64,000 nt of DNA from NCBI RefSeq assembly GCF_009834535.1, contig NC_045696.1, forward strand, positions 45,138,001-45,202,000, read 5' to 3'. This DNA comes from Camelus ferus. Taxonomy: Eukaryota. A program made the position numbers and the translations under genes. The notes beneath the pieces were generated by a model. That model searched no databases and had not been told where the DNA came from. It worked only from the letters and a program-made list of their open reading frames with translations. Positions 52,611 through 64,000 of the stretch are shown piece by piece. Every line of letters begins with the position of its first letter. Position 1 is the first letter of the stretch.

Positions 52611-55600
52611 ATTAATAGTTGGGCGTTAAGTGGTGGCCCAAACACTGTCTCCCTCCTGCACTTTAGTGTATTTATTAAAATTTATTTTCTAATCTTTTAA
52701 TTAAAATTTTTATTAAGTGATTTTAATAACTGGTTTGAAAAAAAAGGTTGAATGCACTTACTGACTTTCATGATTTTCACCTAATGCTTAAAAAATTCAG
52801 TTGAAAATATACTTAAATATTTATTAGATTCCTTGATTGGTTTGGAGAATGGTAGGTTTATACTTAGTTCCAGGTTAATTTTACGCCAGTTTACTGCTAA
52901 GTTAGCAAAAAGTTGTGGAAAAAACACACTAAAACTAAGGGTAAATGTGGAAATTTCTGCTTAATGTCTCCCTGTTTCTTTGTGGAGCCAAATTCTAAGT
53001 TTGGTGGTCACTGCAGCCACTCAGATGAGGACTCCACCAAGTCAGAGGATCCAGGACCCGCGTCTGCCCTACTTTAAAGCTCCAGACTTGGGGAGGCAGT
53101 CACCCACCTTTCTGTTCTGTTTCCACAGTGTCACTAGACTCAGAAGGCCAGGCCATGCTGACCACAGTAAGCAAGATGTTTCTAATTATCAGAGCCTTCC
53201 TCTCTCTCTAGATTTGACTTGTGAATGAGGTGAGAAGAGAAGGACTCTGATAAGGCGGTGGTAGAAGACTGCAGTAAACGGTAGGTATCCTCCCTGAAGG
53301 GGGTAGAAAGAACACACATGAGAGAGATCTCTGACAATCTGCTTTAAGCATCTGGCAATGCAGTCCCTGGCCTTAGTCACAAGTGACCAGAAACAGGGTG
53401 TTTTCCATTTAAAGCCCTTCGTCACGAGATAATCCCTCTTCCTAATTTGGCTCAAGATCTGGTTTGCAAAAGTCCAAGGCAAGACAAGTTCAAGACAAAG
53501 ATTTATATAATACCTACAGAAAAATTTTATATACTTATGGAAAAATTTTATATACTAATTTTAGGTTGGATTTCAGTGATTTATTTTGTTATTACTACAG
53601 CTGTAATTGACAGGTTTTCTGCAATATACACAATGCATTTTTAATATCTTGAAGTTAATTTTTTTCATGAGCATTGTTCAAAGTAAGAAAGTCAATAAAT
53701 TATTTTAACAATATCACACAAACCTTCTAAATGTGTCTGTTCTCAGTTTGTAAGTGAATCAGTTATGCATTTTACTTACAAAAATAAAATTTTGTTCATG
53801 CTAGTCTCAAAGAGGCAGGGTATATAAATGAAGTCACTTTTTATTCAATGATAGGATCTAACATTTATGGATTACCTACTATGTGTTAGATACTGTACAT
53901 GTTGCTGTAAATATTCTATTTAAATTAATTCAAGTTAAATTGAGGATGAGGTTAGTATTTCTGTTTTAGATCTGAAGATAATGAATCTCACAAAAATAAG
54001 TAACCTGTGGAGAATACATGGACATTATGTAATAGAACTGTAATTACCTAATGATATTAAATAAAGCCTACACACACGCATGCACACACACACATACACA
54101 GACTTTGAAGATTAAGCCAACTGTTCAGAACTTGGAAATGAACCTATCTGATTCCACATCTTATACTCTCCCCACTTTAGCTATGATAGTGTCAAAAGAA
54201 AGAGACAACCAGCCTTGATTTTCTTCCCCGGGGCTGGCACGGGAGGCTAGGCTTAGCCAGTTTGATTCCATTAGGAAGGAAGGCTCACTCTCACCCAGTC
54301 TCGCTCTAGTATAAATCCCCATCTGAAAGGCCTCAATGGAAGACGTATTTCTCAAGGTCTTCTAGGTCTTTTCAGGTCCCTTAGTAAAATATGAATATTC
54401 CTAGAATATTATGCTTTGAGTCAATATCAATAAAATCTCAGGGACTTTGTTGATCCAAACCATTCCAGTGGTGACAGATAACAGAGAACACAGTCTCCAA
54501 GAATTCAGACAAGGATGAAGGCTCAGTCTTCCCTGGGAAGGCAAGTAACAGGTGATGCTCAGAGCACCATCCAAAAGACGCGAGGCAGCAGATAATAAGC
54601 TGCACTTATTTATGATTTTTCTCTAGTTTTTTATGCTCATTACATTGACAGGCATCAATTCTGACCTTTAGAAAAATATTAGGTTTTGATATGATATTGT
54701 CAATTTGCCATAGAAATCATTTTTAAAAGTACCCTTCAATGTCTTAAGCTTTCTTTCTTCTTCTTCTTTTTAATAAAGCCTACCTGCTTCAGAGGTGTCA
54801 GATGTGTCTTCTCTTGGTAACCTGTGTTATCTCAAGGTCAAACAAATCCCAACAGGGAGACCACAAATACACAGCACTGTAAGTGACCCCAGGAAAGAGT
54901 GAATATTAATCAACAGAAAGCACGCCGAGACAGCAGGAGACTATTTTGGCTAGGTTGCATGACATGTCTAATGGCATGACTATTTGACAGCTCTTTCATT
55001 CTGGGCAAAAATTAAAGTTGAGCAAGAGTCAGGGAGGTCGTAAGTTGAATCAAAAATCTCAAAGGAAAAATCAAACCCCAGAAGTACTTTTAAAGAGATG
55101 ACACGGTATCCAACGTGTAGGCACATTATGGTGCCTCAGAGTAGATTTAAAAGTATTGTACAACCAGTTACTGAGCATCAATAATTTCAAATAGATGAGG
55201 GTGGTGAAGATTTTTCAAAAACAATGACAAAACTAGAAAGATTGCTCAAAGCAATTACTTCATTGGAGGCAAGAAAACAAAGAAGAGTAACTAAATTAAG
55301 GTTTTTATTTTTATTTTCTCACCAGTAACAGTATAATGACTGGTATTCTCCGTTAATAGCAAAATCCAAGATCCCATTTATAATATTCCCTCAACAAGCA
55401 TACAAAAAGCAGCTCTACTATATGCTAAGGACTGTCAAAATCATTAGGGTTAAAAAATACCAGAAGATAGGAATGGTGGAATGGTGAGTTTTGGACTTTC
55501 CTCCACAAAAACTCAGCATCTGTCAATTATGAATGATCTTGAAGAAGGTGGGTAATTAATTATTATATAATACAAGCAAGATTTTGGAGTCAAAATATTA

Positions 55601-58600
55601 TTGTAAATTGAGTATTATTTCTCTAGAGAGAAATAATAAGTACAACCCACGGTGGTAAATGCCTGAATAGATGACCTCGAACTGTCCTTGGCACATACGG
55701 CATCTTAGCAGTCTGGGAAAACTAGGTCCAGTCCTACCTCTGTGGTCCTGACCCTTTACTTCTTTAGGCCTCAGTTTCCCAAAGTGTTAAATGAGTGGTT
55801 GAATTGCATGGCCTTTGTGATTTCTATATTAAAAATTAAAGAAAATCATATCTTCATGTAGGAATTTTAGAAGAAATTCCAATGAGGCACTAAGGATTTT
55901 AATGCCCAGCAGGCTGTAGCTGTGTCAAGATGTTGGTATGATGTTTGAAAGTTAAGGACCCAGTTCTACTTACTCACTTTTCAGCCATTCCTTTCATCTA
56001 AAGAGCATGATTTCTCCAAGCAGAGATGAGAAATGTGTACAGGCAAGTACTCAAAAAAAGCAAGCATTTAACTTTCTAAGCAGCCTTATCACTTCCACAT
56101 CTAGGCTTGGCAAAGAATCACAGAACTCTACATAACAGCTGCCTTCACTATCCTGTGTGCATACTGCAAAAGAGATTTCTGCTTTGTAAGAGGCAATTTC
56201 AGAAAGTCAAACATTCAGCTGCTCTAACCTCATATGTCACTACCTTCATAAAGTCATTTTACAGATGATTTTGGACTTTTTTCTTTTTTTGATCTGTACT
56301 CACATACTGTAAGTGGCTAAAATCCCAAATACATGACCAAGTGTGTTTGTTACAGCTACAGTAAACTCTTGACTCTAAAAGTACCATTCTGCCAAAGATG
56401 GTGCCGTCACGTCTCAGAGTGTCAGTGTTGTAGAGTTCCTGCCAAATGGTTTGGCATGTTTATATAACCACTGTTGATAATATTCAATTCATAGCGAGGA
56501 AGTAACAGTCTTCAACTAAGGTTCACACACGCGAGTCTGATAGAAAATCTGTTACTGAGCTTACCTGTAATTTAACGTAAAGAAACTTTCTGAGTTGAGA
56601 CATGACTTGCACTGAGAACCACAAGATGTCACAGACTCATTTCATAATCTAGGGGAAAGAATTTTTATTTTTAGTGTCTTCTTTCTTGAGAAAGATAGAC
56701 AATAACATCAGGTACATGTCTTGGGCTCAGAAACATTTATTATATTTGGGAATTGGTGAGATAAGCCCCAATCTGACATACGCTTTACAAATATAGAGCT
56801 AAAAAAAGCATTATGCTATGTTAATAGATGTCTAATGATTAGATTTGGAGTAAGGCAGTTCCACAAATTACTGTATTAGTTATGGGCTGAAATTGAATGA
56901 AATAGCACTGGAGGTACCGTTGCACCCCAGTAGGACCCATGACTTTGGTTTGTCTGCAATACCCTTTGCTCTTTTTCTTCCCAACATGAACATCAAACAT
57001 CAACATGAATATCATCTGCTCTACAAAGCATCTCTTGACTTCACCTCCCCTGGGAAGACTGACCACTTTCGCCAACTCCGTTTTCTGTGTTTCCTCTGCA
57101 CCCAGCACACATGCCTGTTATTAACTTTAACTGCTTGGTTTAACTGATTCTTTTTTGGCAGTGAGTCACACAAAAGAAGTTGCCATCCTATTCATTTTTG
57201 GTTATGTTTGCCTTATCTCACTACTATATGCCAAGGCTGGAAGAGACAAATAAAGTATCTGCCCTGCTTGCCAGGAGTTTCCAGTGTGAAGAGGTCCCAA
57301 ATACACGTGGTTCTTGACACCTGGTATTAACAGCTTGCTAAAGATTAAAGATTACTTTCAGTGGAGCACTGGCTTTGGACTCCAGGTAAAAATTTGAAAG
57401 TGAAATGGATTTTGTCTTCCTCTTGCTTCCCATTCTACATCTTTCTTCTACTCCTCAAATTCCCAGAGTTTTCCTGTTGCCTTTAGGGATTCGAAACCTT
57501 CACATGAGGTACCCAGACTAGGTCTGCCCTTCCCAGAAAAGCCTCATCTTTCTCATCTACTTCTCACTCCAGCTCCTCCCCTGTGAAGATTCCCTACTGT
57601 AAATGTTTATGCTGGGTATTGTTCTGACTATCTGAACAAAGTAGCGTGTATTACACAGTGAGGTGCAAATTATTGATGCATTATGGGGTATTAACAGGGA
57701 AACCTTCTGATTAAGAGTATCTGTGGGTTTATAGGGAGATATTATTGTTCACTTTGACCTTGAACTGCTAAACAAAAGCCTATCTATCCACTTAAATCTT
57801 CTATTTTTTCCAGGACAGGGTAATGAACACCTTAGACCAGACTCTCGTCCCTCTTACACTCAATTTTCTAAAGGGGGAAGAAGATACTTGGGATTTGGCA
57901 TACAAGGTGACCTGAGATGACTAATCAAAAAAAATTAGTGTTGTCTGTATTTGGCACTGTTTATATTCTTTCTCACGTCGTTGATATTTTTATATGTCTT
58001 AATAACCCCTAATTATTTTGAAATAAGCTTGTTTAACAGATAATTTATAAGTTTCATTGGAGTAGTTTGCATGAGTTACAAAATGTCTGCTGGATTAAGA
58101 TGATAATTCTAAGGACTGATTTACCACCCGAATCTACTTGTTTATTTTGGCCAATTCATGAAGCATACTTTCCACCAGTAAAGTAGAAAAGGAAAAAAGA
58201 TTGATTTACTAAGTGTTGACAGACAAGTAAAAAGACAGAAAAGTCATTTTTCATCCATATTTGAATTTTGGTCTTAGGTTCCAATGCAGGGATATACCCA
58301 TGGGCTAGCTATCCTCTGTATTATAAAGGTTAGTAACGGGCACTGAGTCAATCATCCCTGTGGGATTGTCATAATTTACTGCTGCTGGATCTCCAAATAG
58401 TTGGTTAACTGTTCCATGAAGTCATGAAGACTGGGTTGACTGTAGTTCTATTTAACCAAACCAGCTGTGGCTCACAGCCCTACAGCAGTGCCCTCCTTCT
58501 CAGGGGGTGCCCTTATAATGCCCCCTGTGCTTCAGCCATCCTCAAAAACTTATCCATCAAAAGTAGATTTTTTTTCCCTCCTTCATCCATTGCCTCAGTG

Positions 58601-58724
58601 TTGTTGCTCTATTTCCTCCTAAGATCCATTTTAAGAAGTGGTGATCCAAAATCATTATTGGAATCTACTATTTGTTCTTAGTCAGGAAGACAAACAAATA
58701 TCAGAACAATTTATCCTGAATTGA

Positions 58725-58905
58725 TTTGGGTTTCTTTCACTTAATAGTGTATCATATGCATTTTCTTATCTACTATTTCTGTAATATGACTCCCTTAGAT
58801 GCCTAATATTCCATAGTATAAAATGGCATGCTTTACTTTACCAAGCTCATAGTGTTGTATATTTAGTTTCTTTCTCCATGTTCCCTTTTACAACTAATGT
58901 TCAGC
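58725..58905 (-). mobile_element. Ancient L1M fragment
   Basis: ttctttcacttaatagtgtatc...taatattccatagtat...atatttagtttctttc. Confidence 0.55.
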
Positions 58906-61069
58906 CAAAATTTAAATATTAAAACCCTCTATCACCTGACTTTCTTCTATGCTTTTTTTACTGATGACTTAAATACAGTTGACTCACAAGGCACTAGTTG
59001 GAACACTACTTGAAAATGACCTTGGTTAGCAGCTGGGGACACCCTTGTCCTATTATGAATTTGCCACCATTTTGGTAGCTGAGAAGAAATTTTGAAGCCA
59101 AAAGAAAACTGCCTTGATTTACCTGAACTTTGTGGTTCACTTTACCAGCATTCTCATTGCCCTACAGTGTTTTTCCAAAGCTTTTCTTAGCAGACTAAAG
59201 TAATGAAAAACCTAGGAGCAGAACTATCATTTTAATCATCCATGTAACTCTTAGAGATGAGTAGGGTGTCCACTACATATTAGCACAAAACAAAGGAAAG
59301 ACTAATTGCAAATAGGAAAAAAAACCAATGGCCATACGTAAGGAAAGAGAGAATGACTCTGTCTCTCTATATCCATTTATCTGCATCATTTATTGCCTTG
59401 AGAAAGGCCATATGCTTTAACAAGAAAACTTCCAGAAGGTCAGAAAACACAGCATTTCCATGGCATCCTGCTTTGCATAAGTCTACTTTTGTTAGAGCCA
59501 GGAAGCCTGCTTTCATGGACCCAAGGGAACTACGGGGCTTTTCTGCTGGATTGAGCTCTTGGGATTTTTTTCACTAGGTTTCTGGCCTTAGCAGGATCTG
59601 GAACAGACTGCAGGCTGGAGTGTGTTGGCACGTGTATGCAGCTCTACCATCTGTTTTGCTTCTTCAATTCATCAATTTCCTCCACTTATGGTCTCGCTCA
59701 TCATATAGTACAGTTATGAAAAATATGTACTCTGAGTATTTTGTCTTTAATTACTTTTATATATCCTTTCCAAGGAAATTGTGCTGTAGTATGTGAGTAA
59801 TGATAAGGTAAAATGTAATTGCAAATAAAGCAGTAAATCATTAAAATTATTTAAGCTTCAACCAATTAACAAGTCAATGGAAGTTGTGGTCTTTTGGCAC
59901 CCTGATGAACAGTTGAAAAAAGGAAGCTGAGGATCTCTGTCTTTGACAAAAGCAGGGTCAGCTGACACTGGTCTGTTGCAAGCTTATTTTTTGTGAATTA
60001 TTTTAGATTTATGTTAAAAAATTATAAAGCTATTTCCTCGACACACATTATTTGAAATATTTAAGTGCTACTATGGACTGTACCTATATCTCATGGAAGC
60101 TTGAAAATGATAGTTTCCTTGAAAGAAGAACCACCCTCATTTATAATAATGAAAATAACTGGTGAAGCCTGAAAACATTTTGACATTTCAGAAGGGATAG
60201 ATTTATGTTAACATTGTAATTATATTTCTGTTGTAGATGACACAAATGTAAGTGCCACTCTGCCAGGGAATTTTCTCAAGCCTCTTCAGTTCATTGCAAA
60301 CAGCTGCCAGATGGGTAGAATTATCTTTCTTTCATAGGAAAAAAAATTTAGGGACAAAGAATCAGCTAGAAGAATCAGAAAGAGTGAAAGAGAACAACTA
60401 TAAAGATAAAATAAAGGCTACATGAATATACTCCAGATCCTGTTAAGTACCCACAGGAGTTCCCCTGTCATGATTAAAAAATATATATATTAAAAAAAAT
60501 AACTAATACACCACCACAGAACTCCCTGACAAAGATACTAACTTGCTGAACATAATGTGATCTAATGAGCCTGTGGCAGAATTAGAAATACAACCTAAAA
60601 TTCCTGACAAAAAATCATCAATTACCAGAAGCTGCTCCCCTTCACATCATTTTAGTTTTATTACAAAGAATGCCTTGTGGCCACAAAAATTTAAATTAAA
60701 TTACAAAGTGATGAAAATTCTGAAGGCAGTTAAATTTGTATTTTTCCATTCCTCATGGAACTAAGAAAGGAAATAAGAAATATTGCACTAGACTCCTGTA
60801 ATTTTCTGACCATTTACTAGTAATTTTAAATAAGATTTTATAATTTGGCTTTAAAAGCTGATAGCAACTACATGATGCAAATGTAAATTTTCAAACAAAC
60901 AACTCTTTCTGTACCTGCTAACATTTGCTGCGATAAATAAAAAAAATTTTTTTTGTCTAATGAGGTAAAGTTTATTAGGTTCAAAGCTAATTTACTCTAT
61001 TTCCCTCCAGTCTGCCTACCATTTCTGTCCTTATTTTACATTGATCTGTAGAAGATGAGAGAACACATA

Positions 61070-61240
61070 GGACTGGGCATGAGATTGTTTTAATGGGTCA
61101 GGCCTGGAAGAGGTGCCTGTCATTTCCACTTACGTTCACTGACTGGAACTCACTTAGATGACTGTATGTAACTGCAAAAGTGGTGCAAAACTAGTGTGGC
61201 TGCATGCACAACAGGAAGAGGAAAAAGGTAGTCTCTGCCG
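61070..61240. mobile_element. MLT1-like LTR fragment
   Basis: ggtcaggcctggaag...catttccacttacgttcactgactggaactca...aactgcaa...tagtctctgcc. Confidence 0.6.
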
Positions 61241-63774
61241 GAGATGACATCAGCACCCTCCTTCAAAGTCTGGGGAACCCTCGGTCCGAGGTGGAGAAAA
61301 AGTATAGGTCACCAGGGCTGGTTTGGAAAGTTAGGTAGTGATAAATCAATGCACCAAACTAGAGGCAAGGGGCAACAGAAGACTAAAGTAAGGAAGAGTA
61401 GACAGTGGTCTGCAGTCAGGAGATCCAGAGAACGGGGCTCAGGATTCACGTAATAGAAAGCTTGTGATCTGCTAAGGTCGTTCTCATTTGGAGGCCCAGG
61501 TATTAATCAGCACCCTGGGAACGGATGTGTAAGGAGTCTGGAATAGTCACCGAGTAAGGCCCATTGGAATTCAGATCCCTTCCAGCCTTGACCGGTCTTC
61601 CTGGAGAAGGTGTGCGTGCAGAGACTGCTCCTGCTCTTCCCATTGCCATGAGGTGTTTACAGATCCGTCTCCTCCATTGGACTGAAAAGTCCACAGGAGC
61701 CAGGGGTGTTCTCTCATTAATCTGTGTATTCTTGGAATCTGGCATCTCAAGAAATGAAGCACAGTGGGCCTTTGTAAACTAAATGGAACTGATTCCGTAG
61801 GTATATCTCAAACATGTCATGTGGCCTCTGATGGGTATAAAATAGGTTCTTGTCTGCAAGATTTCCTTGCTTTTAATGAAATACTACCAGAATTGTTTAT
61901 AGAATTTGGAGCCTCAATACTAAAAGACTTTCAGACTTTATTATGATCTGTTGACACACCTAGTGGGGAATATAATATTTCTACCCTGTTCTATTAATCA
62001 TCTTGAATATCCTAAGTAAACATAATAAATACACAAATAAATTCTTAAAATATGAGAAGGGAAGAAAATAAAATTTCCAGATTGAAGAATCCAAAGAGGG
62101 TATCTCAGAGTCCAGAACTATGGGGGAGAAATGTAAAATATGAAAGCGACCCAGAAGTGCACTTGCAATGACTGTCTTATTCTTAATTTTTACTTAGAAG
62201 TCTACTTCTAATTTCATTATAGAAGAGACTTTACAGAAATTCCTTTTATAACCAACTTTACTACAACCTTCAGCCTGGAGGAATCTGAAAAATCCTAAAT
62301 GAAGTCTTGTCAAGGTGTCTTAACTTCGTAGGTGAATTGACAGTGGCTGTTGACAAAGCACTTTAGTGCATATTCTTACAACAAGCACATAAGCTATGTT
62401 TCTGTGTCCCATTTTCAGATGGAGTCACTTTGCGGTGGTGCAATCTACACTCAGTCCAGAGTCATACGTCTTTGCAGTCTGGAGAACTTTCCACTGAGCC
62501 CTAGAGAAATCTATTGTACATCTTTGAATTTGCAAATTGAGGATTTCACTTTCTTCTGAGTATCAGTTGATTTACATCCAGCCAATTATTTCAATGATTT
62601 CTTCATTTTCCTTTCTTGTTCCTCAAAAGTACAAAAAATGTGGAGTCTTCTGGCTAATGCACTAGAAAAGGATTAGTAATCCTTAGACATCCCAACTTTA
62701 GTTCCCCTCCTCTCTCCAAAACTGATTTCCTCTCTCCACATTCCTCTCCTGTACTTTCTGTAAAAGATCTGAATCATCTGTAAATGTGTTCTAAGAATTA
62801 AGAAACTTATGATCACTTTTTAAGATTCCTGGATAACTTTGTGAAGATCACTTAGCACTTAAGTAAAATATGTGTCAACCAACCTCTTCTTTCCTGTCCT
62901 TTCCTTCCTTCCCGTTTTTTTTCTTCCTTCTTGTTTATCTAGCTATTATTTGGTTTAAGTTTTAACCAAGCTTATTCATTCATTGACTTATCATTTTAAA
63001 TAAATAAATTTTAATGGCTTAAATAAATTTTAAAAGATAAAAAGGGACACAGTGAAAAGTCTCCCTTACACTTCTTTTCCCCATCCAACAGCCCCCAACC
63101 CCTCTGTTATTCTCTACTTTTTATTATTTTCCCTTTTATTTCTAAATATAAACCTGACTACTGACGCTGGCATACAAAAAGACTTTACTTCTCTGCCCTT
63201 CAATATTCTTTGTAGCAAAGTGGCACTAAGATTTACTTGGATATATGTAATATTTCCATAAATAAAAGGAAATCGGAAGGATTCATTGTGTATGTGACAG
63301 CAGATATATTAGTAATAAATTTAAGATATACTGAATGCCTGACAAGAAGTTTAATATAAAAAGTCATTCTTTAATAAGTTATTTCAGCATAGGGTCATTA
63401 TAGAGCTGAGCTGATACCAAAATCCATTCAATCCAACTCTAACTGGAGCACATATCTAACCCATTCTTCTCCTTGAAGCAGAGCCATCATTAGAATGTAT
63501 ATGCCAATCAAATGATGGAAAGAGATCATTACTGTGATATTTAATAATTTGTGGGTACACAGGAAAACATAAAAATCCTCAGTGAACAACATAATATGGG
63601 AAGGACAGGATTTTGCTCTTAAAGAGTGTCTGGGTTTAAGAAATAAGTATTATTACTATAAAATATTTTACTATCTCCACCAGAGAAAGATTTGCAAATT
63701 CAGTAGAAGAAGAAAAAGGAGTAGGAGGAAAAGGAGAAACAGGAGGAAGGAGAAGAATTTCTATTTTCACTGCA

Positions 63775-63952
63775 CTTATTTGGAATCAGGCAGACTTCCC
63801 TGAGTTAGAAAACCCAAATCCGGCATTTACTAATAGATGGTATTTAAACTTGGTCCTCAGTATCCCCATCTATAAAATGAGAATAATCATAATACCTATT
63901 TTAAGGATAAAAAAGTGCTTTGCTATATAAAAGTAGTATTTAAATTGTTATT
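63775..63952 (+). mobile_element. MIR SINE
   Basis: tggaatcaggcagac...cctcagtatccccatctataaaatgagaataatcataataccta. Confidence 0.85.
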
Positions 63953-64000
63953 ACTTTGAAACTGCTCTTCTGTTCTTTCCAACTTATTTTAGAAAGTTAT

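Noticed and set aside
63582..63803. Arg/Lys-rich protamine-like ORF
   Set aside because: Translation of a low-complexity purine tract running into a MIR.
1..64000. CRISPR array, operon or other prokaryotic/novel system
   Set aside because: The sequence is clearly mammalian, with no repeat-spacer arrays or dense coding regions.

Overview
Mammalian genomic DNA, most likely a camelid: it carries two Vic-1-type tRNA-derived SINEs and young L1 3' ends. The window holds the 5' end of CBLB (Cbl-b E3 ubiquitin ligase) on the minus strand. The first coding exon is 3349-3530 (CDS 3349-3516, [12 protein letters not shown]...KLMDKV), the CpG-island promoter with non-coding first exon(s) is at ~4330-5430, and 1-3348 is the start of the next intron. 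The remaining ~58 kb upstream has no credible protein-coding gene. It is AT-rich and filled with L1, L2, MIR, MaLR/ERV LTRs, hAT/Tigger fossils, SINEs and microsatellites. I found no convincing previously undescribed biological system. The most interesting observations are possible lineage-specific changes in CBLB 5'-exon architecture, two twin-primed (5'-inverted) L1 insertions with TSDs, a three-level nested transposon, and a strong G4/CCAAT/EGR promoter. Repeat subfamily names and comparisons to human CBLB come from recall, not from database searches.
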